Position numbers and translations under genes: made by a program
Shown here: positions 24,656 through 32,353 of the stretch, one piece after another
How the letters are laid out: each line of letters begins with the position of its first letter
Numbering within the stretch: the stretch's first letter is position 1
The notes under the pieces: model-generated
The model's database searches: none
Seen by the model: the letters and a program-made list of their open reading frames with translations, nothing else
What the model was told of the DNA's origin: nothing
DNA from: Bdellovibrionota bacterium
GTDB taxonomy: Bacteria > Bdellovibrionota > Bdellovibrionia > Bdellovibrionales > JAMPXM01
Assembly (NCBI GenBank): GCA_040384505.1
Contig: JAZKJB010000361.1
Span: 1-32,604 of the forward strand
Length of the DNA stretch: 32,604 bases
Direction: 5' to 3'

Positions 24656-25879
24656 TTACTTCTTTCGGTTCGCAGACGCGGGATCGAACAAGTTTTTGAA
24701 CTGATCGCCGAGAGTCCCGAGCTTCGCAGCTCCTGACTTCGCGTTGTAGGCCACGGCCTCCGCGGCGCCGGCACGATCCTCGGCTTCTTGCGCATCACCG
24801 AGAACGTCTTTGATCGAAAGCAGGAGCCGTCGTTCGTCGGAACGCACTTCCTTGATCTTGACCGCGATCGTTTGGCCCTCCTTCACGATGTCCTCGGCGC
24901 GGTTCACGCGCTTGAACGCCATCTCACCGAGCGGAACGAGACCTTCGATCCCCGGCGCGATCTCGACGAACGCGCCGAACTTCATGCAGCGGGTGACTTT
25001 CCCTTCGACGACTTCGCCTTCACGCACGTGGGCGGGCAAGTTCTCCCAGGGAGGAGTCTCGGCTTGCTTGATCGAAAGCGAGATGTTCAGTCGGCCGTTC
25101 ATGCCCTCTTCGATCTTCAGGACTTTGGCGCGAACCTGCTGACCCATCTTCAACGCTTCGGACGGATGACCGAGGCGTGACCAAGCGATCTCGGAGATGT
25201 GACAGAGACCGTCCATCCCGGGAGCGACTTCGACGAATGCGCCGAAAGGTTCCATGCGGGTCACGACACCCTCGATGAAATCGCCAGGCTTGTGGCCGTC
25301 CGAGAACGCGGCGGTCGCCGCTTCTTTTTGTTCGTCGAGAAGTTTACGTCGCGAGACGACGAGGTCGCGACCGCGCGGATCGAATTTCGTGATCATGAAT
25401 TCGAATTTTTGGCCGACGTAGCTCGCGGTATCTTGCACGCGGCGGTTGTCCATGTGGCTCATCGGGCAAAACGCGGTCTTCCCGAGAACGGAGACCCGGA
25501 ACCCACCGTTGCAGACTTCGAGGACACGGCCTTCGACGGGCAACATCATGTCGTAGGCGTCTTCGAGATCGTCGGAAATGTTTTTCGACGTCGGCTTCGT
25601 CGAGAGGATGATCTGCGAGCCGTGTACGCGAGTGACGAAGAGATCGAGGAACTCCCCGACTTTCACTTCTTTGCCGTCGAGATCGAGCTTCATCACGACA
25701 CCGTCGTCGATCGTACCGGTGGAGACGAAGATCTCTTCTTTTCCGACGGAAAGGATCTCGCCTCGGATCTTGTCGCCGACGTTGAGTTTGCGGCTCGTCG
25801 CCCCCATGGAGTCCTCGAACATGCGTGCGAAATCGTTCGAACTAGCGTCGTCGTTGTCGTCGTCGAAAAGATCGGCCAT
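24656..25879 (-). CDS. S1 RNA-binding domain protein (four S1/OB repeats)
   Basis: Repeated S1 signatures: GDKIRGEILSVGKEEIFV, VEGRVLEVCNGGFRVSV, IEGVVTRMEPFGAFVEVAPGMDGLCHISE, VEGKVTRCMKFGAFVEIAPGIEGLVPLGE. Acidic N-terminus DLFDDDNDD. GAGG SD 9 nt upstream. Confidence 0.9.
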   Translation of the reverse strand: MADLFDDDNDDASSNDFARMFEDSMGATSRKLNVGDKIRGEILSVGKEEIFVSTGTIDDGVVMKLDLDGKEVKVGEFLDLFVTRVHGSQIILSTKPTSKNISDDLEDAYDMMLPVEGRVLEVCNGGFRVSVLGKTAFCPMSHMDNRRVQDTASYVGQKFEFMITKFDPRGRDLVVSRRKLLDEQKEAATAAFSDGHKPGDFIEGVVTRMEPFGAFVEVAPGMDGLCHISEIAWSRLGHPSEALKMGQQVRAKVLKIEEGMNGRLNISLSIKQAETPPWENLPAHVREGEVVEGKVTRCMKFGAFVEIAPGIEGLVPLGEMAFKRVNRAEDIVKEGQTIAVKIKEVRSDERRLLLSIKDVLGDAQEAEDRAGAAEAVAYNAKSGAAKLGTLGDQFKNLFDPASANRKK

Positions 25880-25950
25880 GGAATGAGACCTCGGTGCTTC
25901 GGGATTTTGGATGGGTGAACGAGAGACTCTGCCCGCTTTCGGCTAGAGGG

Positions 25951-27564
25951 TCAACGCTGTCCCTTCGCGGCCCAATGGGCGCGAAGCTGGCCGCGGAGAT
26001 CCTGCAGCATGATCTGGGAGCCGTGGTCCAGGATGACCGCGGTCCGATCGTCATGGGCACGGAAGCGAGGATTCGAGTAGAGCTCGGAAAGCTTCACGGT
26101 TCGGCTCGAGCCTTGAGCGATCTTCTCCTCGATCACGCGCACCTTGCCGCCCGTGACGCCCGACCCGGCGCTCGCGACACCCTTCGTTTCGACCGGAGGG
26201 GCCGGCCGATCGAGGAAGAGCTTCACCAAGGGACCATGAAAAGTGGATTCGTAAACGGGCGACGGCGAGCCGCCATCGAGACCCGCGATTCGACGGATCG
26301 CTTCCGGCGGAGAGAGTTGTTTCATTCCCGGGCGCACGCTCGTGAACTTGTCGAACTCGTCGGCGAACGCGCAGACTTTCGCAACCGGCGGGATGTCTTT
26401 CGAGCTCAAGCCATGGGGATAACCGGATCCGTCGGGGCGCTCGTGATGATAGAGGATCATGTCGAGAGCGTCGGCGGGAATGAGAGCTTTGCGTTCTTCG
26501 ACGCTCTTCAATCCCGTCTCCGGGTGCTCGCGGTATTTCTGCTGCTCTTCAGGAGTCATCTCGTCGATCCATCGTCCGACGAGGCTCACGGGCAGATCGC
26601 TCAAGCCGAGATCGTGGAGAAGTCCACCTATCCTCAAGCTTTCCGCGTTGCTCACGCCGAGTGCGAGACCGAAGAGGCAACAGTAAGCCGCGACGTTCTG
26701 GGCGTGACTGAAATGAGTCATCTGTGCGCTCACGAACTGAGAAACCGCTCGCCCCATGTCGGACTTCGATTGGTCGACGTCGCCGAGCTTGCTCACGACG
26801 CTCTTCAAATTCTCTAGCATCATACGCGTTTCGTCTTCGGTCATCGAGTCGTCGGTGAAGTAGCCGCCCATCAAGCCCGCGAGCTGTTGGCCCGTGCGAC
26901 GCGCGCGATCGCGTGCGCCCGCAGCCGGATCGCCCTGCGCGAGGATCGAGGCCGAGTATGACAAGTAGTCCTTCAAACTCGAGCGCTGGATGTAGAGGTT
27001 GTAGTGCGCGTTCTCGCGAAACTTCCGAAGCAGCTTGTCGTCGATCTCTCGACCGCGTTCGACGTACATGATCGCGCGGCGGTTCATCGGCAGATAAAGA
27101 TAGACGTTGAACGGCAAAGTTTTCGCGTTCTCGATCTCCATGACGTTGACGCGCATCAGTTTTTCGAACGTCAAATCGCGAATCGAAGCTTCGACGGGCG
27201 CGATCTCGAAGAGTTTGTTGATCAGAACTTCTTCTTCGAACGGCAACCGATAGAAGGCGTCGATCCCGAGATCGAGAACTTCGGCCGAGCGAAATTTTAC
27301 GCGCTCGGACACGAAAGCGAGCAAGTGTGTCTCGGGAAATCTCGCGCGATACGCGGCGACGGCGCGTCCGATCGAGATGAGATCGCTTCGACTCGACAAG
27401 GGCACGACGGCGACGAGCGGATCCAGAGGAAATTCGACTTCGGCGGCGTGTTCGGGTGTGAAGACTTCGAAATCCAAGTAGCCGAGATCGCGAATTCGCT
27501 CCTGTAAAAGGACGAGCGTCGGCGGAAACGGGGCCAAAATCGCGAGAAACGGGTTCGATGCCAT
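25951..27564 (-). CDS. HD-GYP domain c-di-GMP phosphodiesterase-type protein with degenerate receiver-like N-terminus
   Basis: HAQNVAAYCCLFGLALG...IGGLLHDLGL (HD) and ILYHHERPDGSGYPHGL (GYP). The N-terminal ~120 aa have a receiver-like beta/alpha periodicity but lack the acidic pocket and phospho-acceptor Asp. Confidence 0.9.
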   Translation of the reverse strand: MASNPFLAILAPFPPTLVLLQERIRDLGYLDFEVFTPEHAAEVEFPLDPLVAVVPLSSRSDLISIGRAVAAYRARFPETHLLAFVSERVKFRSAEVLDLGIDAFYRLPFEEEVLINKLFEIAPVEASIRDLTFEKLMRVNVMEIENAKTLPFNVYLYLPMNRRAIMYVERGREIDDKLLRKFRENAHYNLYIQRSSLKDYLSYSASILAQGDPAAGARDRARRTGQQLAGLMGGYFTDDSMTEDETRMMLENLKSVVSKLGDVDQSKSDMGRAVSQFVSAQMTHFSHAQNVAAYCCLFGLALGVSNAESLRIGGLLHDLGLSDLPVSLVGRWIDEMTPEEQQKYREHPETGLKSVEERKALIPADALDMILYHHERPDGSGYPHGLSSKDIPPVAKVCAFADEFDKFTSVRPGMKQLSPPEAIRRIAGLDGGSPSPVYESTFHGPLVKLFLDRPAPPVETKGVASAGSGVTGGKVRVIEEKIAQGSSRTVKLSELYSNPRFRAHDDRTAVILDHGSQIMLQDLRGQLRAHWAAKGQR

Positions 27565-27572
27565 GTCCGAAA

Positions 27573-27578
27573 ATTATA
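27573..27578 (-). promoter_or_regulatory. candidate -10 hexamer (TATAAT) only 8 nt upstream of the HD-GYP ATG
   Basis: Minus strand reads GCGACGC-TATAAT-TTTCGGAC-ATG. There is no SD and no convincing -35. This would imply a leaderless or near-leaderless mRNA. Confidence 0.3.
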
Positions 27579-27635
27579 GCGTCGCGATCGGCAATTTCCC
27601 ATCGCGTTGCGGTGTCTCAAGACCTCGACTTGCGT

Positions 27636-27651
27636 CGCAACCGCGGTTGCG
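27636..27651. promoter_or_regulatory. perfect 16-bp palindrome, candidate operator in the divergent intergenic region
   Basis: CGCAACCGCGGTTGCG. Related half-sites GTTGCG at 27605-27610 and TTGCG at 27630-27634. Lies 26 nt upstream of the receiver ATG. Confidence 0.4.
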
Positions 27652-27676
27652 CCAAGCTTTCGCGAGGGAGCATGCT

Positions 27677-28060
27677 ATGGCGCGCGGAACCGTTCTCATC
27701 GTCGACTCCGATTCCGAGCTCGCACAAATCGTGAGCTCGTTCCTCAATTTCCATGGCTTCAGAGTGCATTACACGGGTCGCGTTCGCGAAGCCGTGGGTA
27801 AACTGGCACTCCAGAGGTATTCCGCTGTTTTGCTCGACCCCAACCTCGACGGTGAGCGCGGCGAGAGCGTTCTTCTCGCGGCCGTCGATCCGACCGGACT
27901 CAACAACGGCACCCCGTTCGTCGTCATGTCGGAGTCCCTGGACTACGGTCTACCCGCCGAGGCCATCGGCCCGATCCGCTCCATCGTTCAAAAACCGTTC
28001 GACCTCGAAGACGCACTCGCCGCTCTTCAAGGCGCGATCACCGGAGTCCACCACGCATGA
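27677..28060 (+). CDS. stand-alone CheY-like response regulator receiver domain
   Basis: ORF track 27563..28060. ATG 27677 has GGGAG 6 nt upstream. Canonical residues: VLIVDSDSE (acidic pair), AVLLDPNL (phospho-acceptor Asp), FVVMSES (Ser/Thr), VQKPF (Lys). Confidence 0.85.
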   Translation: MARGTVLIVDSDSELAQIVSSFLNFHGFRVHYTGRVREAVGKLALQRYSAVLLDPNLDGERGESVLLAAVDPTGLNNGTPFVVMSESLDYGLPAEAIGPIRSIVQKPFDLEDALAALQGAITGVHHA

Positions 28061-29340
28061 ATACGTCTCGTGAAAAAGTCGCCGTCATCGGCGGCTTGCG
28101 CATCCCTTTCGTCAAGTCGTTCACCAGCTACTCCGAAGCTTCGAACCAAGACATGCTCACGCACGTGCTCTCGCAGATGGTGCAGCGATACGGACTCACC
28201 GGTGAACGTCTCGGCGACGTCGCCTTCGGTTCCGTGATGATGCATTCCTCGGATTGGAACCTCACGCGAGAAGTCGTGCTCGGGAGCGGACTGTCGCCGA
28301 ATACTCCGGGCTTCAACGTTCAGCGGGCCTGCGGAACGAGTCTCGACACCACGAACTTGATCGCACTCAAGATCGCGGCAGGTCAGATCGCGATCGGCAT
28401 CGCGGGTGGAAGCGACACGAACAGCGATCTCCCGGTCGTCCTCAGAAAATCCTTCGCTCGCCGTATCGTGCAAGCCGGTCGCGCACGCTCGGTGGGAGAA
28501 AAACTGAAAGCCTTCTCCGGCTTCTCGCCTAAAGAGCTCTCACCGTCCCTTCCTGCCGTCGTCGAACCACGCACGGGTCTTTCGATGGGCCACCACACCG
28601 AACAGATGGCGAAAACTTGGGGCATCACTCGCGAAGCGCAAGACGAGCTCTCGTTCCTCAGTCACCAAAACGGCGCGAAAGCTTACGACGCTGGCTTTTA
28701 CGACGATCTCGTCGTCGAGTTCGCGGGAGTGAAGAAAGATCTCCTTCTCCGCGCGGACACGTCGATCGAAAAATTGGCGAAGCTAAAACCGGCCTTCGAT
28801 CCAAAATCAGGAACGCTCACGGCCGGTAATTCGACGGCGCTCACCGACGGCGCCTCGGCGGTCCTGCTTGCCTCGGAGAGCGAAGCGAAACGACGCGGCC
28901 TTCCGGTTCTCGCGACCATTCGCGACGTCGAAGTGAACGCAGTCGACTTCGTGACCGGCAAAGAAGGCTTGCTGATGGCTCCCGCTGGTGCCGTCGCACG
29001 CATGCTCCGCCGAAACGAATTGAAGCTCCAAGATTTCGATCTTTACGAAATTCACGAAGCTTTCGCTGCTCAAGTTCTCTGTACGCTGAAGGCCTGGGAG
29101 TCGGACGACTATTGCCGCAAAGAGCTCGGCGAGCCAAAAGCGCTCGGATCGATCGATCGCGCGAAGATGAACGTCAAAGGCGGAAGCGTCGCGCTGGGAC
29201 ATCCGTTCGCAGCGACCGGTGCACGCATCGTCGCCACGCTCGCGAAAGCGCTGAAAGAGCGCGGCGGTGGTCGCGGTCTGATTTCCATCTGCACGGCCGG
29301 CGGTATGGGCATCACCGCGATCCTCGAAAGTGAAGGCTGA
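28057..29340 (+). CDS. fadI: acetyl-CoA C-acyltransferase (3-ketoacyl-CoA thiolase), FadI-like subfamily
   Basis: NVQRACGTSLDT (nucleophilic Cys), GNSTALTDGASAV, NVKGGSVALGHPFAATGARIV, SICTAGGMG. The insert SPSLPAVVEPRTGLSMGHHTEQMAKTWGITRE parallels E. coli FadI as I remember it. The ATG overlaps the receiver stop (ATGA). Confidence 0.9.
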   Translation: MNTSREKVAVIGGLRIPFVKSFTSYSEASNQDMLTHVLSQMVQRYGLTGERLGDVAFGSVMMHSSDWNLTREVVLGSGLSPNTPGFNVQRACGTSLDTTNLIALKIAAGQIAIGIAGGSDTNSDLPVVLRKSFARRIVQAGRARSVGEKLKAFSGFSPKELSPSLPAVVEPRTGLSMGHHTEQMAKTWGITREAQDELSFLSHQNGAKAYDAGFYDDLVVEFAGVKKDLLLRADTSIEKLAKLKPAFDPKSGTLTAGNSTALTDGASAVLLASESEAKRRGLPVLATIRDVEVNAVDFVTGKEGLLMAPAGAVARMLRRNELKLQDFDLYEIHEAFAAQVLCTLKAWESDDYCRKELGEPKALGSIDRAKMNVKGGSVALGHPFAATGARIVATLAKALKERGGGRGLISICTAGGMGITAILESEG

Positions 29341-29359
29341 CCACAGTTCGGCTTTTCCT

Positions 29360-29392
29360 TTCGATTGAAGGGTTCCCCACAGGGAAATCGAA
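29360..29392 (+). terminator. possible stem-loop downstream of the thiolase gene
   Basis: TTCGATT (29360-29366) pairs with AATCGAA (29386-29392). Inner TCCC/GGGA stem with CACA loop, followed by TCTTCGTC. Imperfect, with a weak U-tract. Confidence 0.3.
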
Positions 29393-29452
29393 TCTTCGTC
29401 ACTTCGCCCGCGACCGCGCTCCGTAAGATGAGAGCGACGGGAGGCGAAGGAA

Positions 29453-29914
29453 ATGGGCGAATTTTCCGTAGTACAAGATTTCATCACGCGGCTGCGCGAC
29501 GCCGAAGATCGTAAAGATGCCGGCGTTCTCTGCGAGCTGTTCACGCCCGCAGCGAAGCTCGAGAACTTGACCCGCCCGACGCAGGCACGTTCGAAGTCGT
29601 CGAGCTCGGCGAATGGTGCGATCGCGTTCTGGAATCAGTATCTCCATGCGTTCGACCATATCAGCTCGCACTTCACTCATATTCTGGAATCGAAAGGCAA
29701 CGCCGTCCTCGAGTGGCACTCGAGCGGACGATTGACGATGGGAACACCCGTCGAATACTGCGGCGTCAGCATCCTCGAACACGACGGCCGCCAAATCACG
29801 GCTTTCCGCACTTACTACGATTCCGCAGCTCTGCTTCCGCATGCCGCCCATGCGTTGAAGCCGTTCTCCGAATCGGTCGGAACTCCCGACATCAGGACGG
29901 AAGCCTCCTCATGA
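29453..29914 (+). CDS. NTF2-like / SnoaL-like domain protein
   Basis: 153 aa. FITRLRDAEDRKDAGVLCELFTPAAKLEN...AVLEWHSSGRL...GVSILEHDGRQITAFRTYYD follows the alpha+beta cone pattern of SnoaL/NTF2-like proteins. GGAGG lies upstream. Confidence 0.7.
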   Translation: MGEFSVVQDFITRLRDAEDRKDAGVLCELFTPAAKLENLTRPTQARSKSSSSANGAIAFWNQYLHAFDHISSHFTHILESKGNAVLEWHSSGRLTMGTPVEYCGVSILEHDGRQITAFRTYYDSAALLPHAAHALKPFSESVGTPDIRTEASS

Positions 29915-29927
29915 AAGAACGTGAAAC

Positions 29928-30524
29928 ATGCCCCACATGAAACAGGAATCGATTCTCAGTTTTTGGTTCGGTGACGACTCTCTCCATACGACCTCGCGAC
30001 AAAACGTATGGTTCTCACCGACTCATGCCTACGACGACATCGTGCGGGAACGATTTTCGGCCCTCGTGGAAGAGGCCTCGAACGGAGGCTTCGACGACTG
30101 GGGGAAAACTCCGCGCGGCGCTCTCGCCCTCGTCATCTTGCTCGATCAATTCCGTCGGCACGTCTACCGCGGAAGCGCCGAGGCATTTTCGCACGATCCT
30201 CACGCACGAAAGATCGCGGAGACGGCGATCGATCACGGCTTCGACCAGAAACTGACGGTCATCGAGCGGATGTTCCTTTATCTTCCGCTCGAACATACCG
30301 AGGACCTCGTCGCGCAAGAACGCGCCGTCGGTCTGTTTCGGGAGCTTCGTGAGGTCGCCGGGCCCGAGGAAACGAAGATGCTCGAGGTCGCACTCGATTT
30401 CGCGATCCGACATCGCGACTGCATCGCGAAGTTCGGCCGCTTCCCACATCGAAACGAAACTCTCGGACGCGAAAATACGAAAGAAGAACGCGAATTCCTA
30501 AAACGACCTGACTCACGCTTCTGA
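29928..30524 (+). CDS. DUF924 family protein
   Basis: ILSFWFGD, VWFSP...DDIVRERF, PRGALALVILLDQFRRHVYRG, MFLYLPLEHTED, FAIRHRDCIAKFGRFPHRNETLGRENTKEEREFL are the conserved DUF924 blocks. Confidence 0.85.
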   Translation: MPHMKQESILSFWFGDDSLHTTSRQNVWFSPTHAYDDIVRERFSALVEEASNGGFDDWGKTPRGALALVILLDQFRRHVYRGSAEAFSHDPHARKIAETAIDHGFDQKLTVIERMFLYLPLEHTEDLVAQERAVGLFRELREVAGPEETKMLEVALDFAIRHRDCIAKFGRFPHRNETLGRENTKEEREFLKRPDSRF

Positions 30525-30536
30525 GGAGGCCAAATC

Positions 30537-31544
30537 ATGGAATCAAGAATCGTCCCGCCAGACAACGCGAGCATGCGCCAGACGGAAATGGGTGATGCGT
30601 TCAACCGCGTCCTTTTCTCGGCGCTCGACGGCCTCGAGAGCCGCAACATTCCCTACGGAATGATCGGGGGTATCGCGGCGAGTGGTCACGGACGCCCCCG
30701 CTCGACCCACGACATCGATATTTTCGTGCGACCCGAGGATGCCGATGCGGCACTCGAAGCGCTCGCGCAGCAAGGTTTCGAAACCGAAGTCACCGATCCC
30801 CGCTGGCTCTACAAAGGTTGGAAAGAAGAGATGATGGTCGACGTCATCTTCAAATCCCAAGGCGACATCTACTTCGACGACGAAATGCATCAGCACGCGA
30901 AAAAGATTCCCTATCACGGTCGCCAGATCTCGGCGGTTTCACCCGAAGATCTGATGATCATCAAAGCGGCCGTCCACAGCGAAGTCGGACCTCACCACTG
31001 GCACGACGCACTCGCGATCCTCTCGCACGCTCAGGTCGACTGGAAATATCTCTTGAAACGCGCGCGAAAGGCGCCGCGACGGATCCTCGCGCTTTTGATC
31101 TACGCGCAGTCGAACGACATTCTCATTCCGAACAACGTCATCGTCGAGCTCATGCAGTTGATCTACGGCGATTCGCTCGCCGCCCACGGCGCTCGAGCCC
31201 ATGCCGCGAGCGCGCAACACAACATGCGCGACATGGCACCCTCGCAAAGTCACTCGCAAGTGAACGTTCCCGCGAAGCGACCGCCGCCCGCGACGAACGC
31301 GGCTTACTTGAAAGCCCACGTCCTCGACGCCTTGGCAAAAGATCCGCGGACGGCGGCGCTCGATGTCCAACTCGACGTGAACACGCAAGGAACGCAACAC
31401 GTCTCCGTGAAAGGCGATGCGGTCAGCAACGAACAGCGAACCGCCATCGAACACGTCATTCGCGATCACTGCAAAGGCTTCGACATCGACAACAAAGTTC
31501 GCGTGACGAAGATCGAAATGGACCAGGCTCAGGAGGTCGTATGA
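30537..31544 (+). CDS. Pol-beta-fold nucleotidyltransferase fused to a C-terminal BON domain
   Basis: GAGGAGG SD. NTase signature MIGGIAASGHGRPRSTHDIDIFV plus a third acidic residue in MMVDVIF. A helical region follows, then a linker. The C-terminal AYLKAHVLDALAKDPRTAALDVQLDVNTQGTQHVSVKGDAVSNEQRTAIEHVIRDHCKGFDIDNKVRV fits the BON pattern. No signal peptide or TM. Confidence 0.75.
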   Translation: MESRIVPPDNASMRQTEMGDAFNRVLFSALDGLESRNIPYGMIGGIAASGHGRPRSTHDIDIFVRPEDADAALEALAQQGFETEVTDPRWLYKGWKEEMMVDVIFKSQGDIYFDDEMHQHAKKIPYHGRQISAVSPEDLMIIKAAVHSEVGPHHWHDALAILSHAQVDWKYLLKRARKAPRRILALLIYAQSNDILIPNNVIVELMQLIYGDSLAAHGARAHAASAQHNMRDMAPSQSHSQVNVPAKRPPPATNAAYLKAHVLDALAKDPRTAALDVQLDVNTQGTQHVSVKGDAVSNEQRTAIEHVIRDHCKGFDIDNKVRVTKIEMDQAQEVV

Positions 31545-32305
31545 TCCGTCTGGCGGCGGTCGGCGACATTCACTACGATCGCAATTCCGCCGGTCGGCTC
31601 GGACAATTCTTGCCGCGTCTCGAAGGCGCGGCCGATCTTTTCCTACTCGCGGGCGATCTCACGCAGGTCGGCTCGATCGAAGAGATCTCGATTCTCGCCG
31701 ACGACCTCGCGATGTGTCCCATTCCCGTCGTCGCCGTGCTCGGCAATCACGATTATCACGCGGAAAAAGCTCCGCAAGTGGTCGAGATCCTCACGCGAGC
31801 TGGAGTCACGGTTCTCGAAGGCAACTGCGTCACCTTCCAGCTCGGCGGCTCCACGATCGGTGTCGCCGGAGTGAAAGGATTCGGAGGAGGCTTCATCGGA
31901 GCCTGCGGGACCGATTTCGGCGAAGTCGAGATGAAAGATTTCATCCGTTTCACGAAGGCCCAGGCCGAGCTGCTCAAGACGTCACTCCAGTCTTTGAACA
32001 CCGACTACAAGATCGCGCTCACGCACTACTCCCCCACCAAGGAAACGCTGATGGGTGAGAAAAAAGAGATCTATCCGTTTTTGGGTAGCTATCTCTTGGC
32101 GGAAGCGATCGACGAAGGAGAAGCGGACATCGCGTTCCACGGTCACGCCCATCACGGCGTCGAGCGCGGCTCGACCGCGGGCGGCATTCCCGTTCGCAAC
32201 GTCGCGATGCCCGTCATTCGTCATCCGTTCAACATCTATTGCTTAAACAAAGAAGGTTTGGTCCCGCACACGGAAGCGCAGGATCACGCTCCGGCATTCG
32301 CCTGA
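31541..32305 (+). CDS. calcineurin-like metallophosphoesterase
   Basis: The real part of ORF 30818..32305 starts at ATG 31541, which overlaps the upstream stop (ATGA). Motifs: AAVGDIHYD, LLAGDLTQ, LGNHDYH, LTHYSP, FHGHAHHG. Confidence 0.9.
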   Translation: MIRLAAVGDIHYDRNSAGRLGQFLPRLEGAADLFLLAGDLTQVGSIEEISILADDLAMCPIPVVAVLGNHDYHAEKAPQVVEILTRAGVTVLEGNCVTFQLGGSTIGVAGVKGFGGGFIGACGTDFGEVEMKDFIRFTKAQAELLKTSLQSLNTDYKIALTHYSPTKETLMGEKKEIYPFLGSYLLAEAIDEGEADIAFHGHAHHGVERGSTAGGIPVRNVAMPVIRHPFNIYCLNKEGLVPHTEAQDHAPAFA

Positions 32306-32322
32306 TACTCCGTAACGGAAAG

Positions 32323-32350
32323 GGGCCTCGTGGAACACGAGGCCCTTCTT
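32323..32350. terminator. intrinsic-terminator-like hairpin between convergent genes
   Basis: GGGCCTCGTG-GAA-CACGAGGCCC (10-bp GC-rich stem) followed by TTCTT on the plus strand. Lies between the stops at 32305 (+) and 32354 (-). Confidence 0.65.
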
Positions 32351-32353
32351 CCC

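Noticed and set aside
23868-26817. Plus-strand ORFs of 278, 239 and 307 aa (23868..24704, 25199..25918, 25894..26817)
   Set aside because: They are antisense to the Hsp70-like, S1 and HD-GYP genes respectively. They are D/E/R/V/H-rich with no motifs. The minus-strand frames carry unambiguous domain signatures.
30818-31540. N-terminal 241 aa of the 495-aa ORF 30818..32305
   Set aside because: It is extremely Arg-rich (RRHLQIPRRHLLRRRNASAREK...) and out of frame over the NTase-BON gene. The metallophosphoesterase motifs begin right after the internal ATG at 31541, which overlaps the upstream stop.
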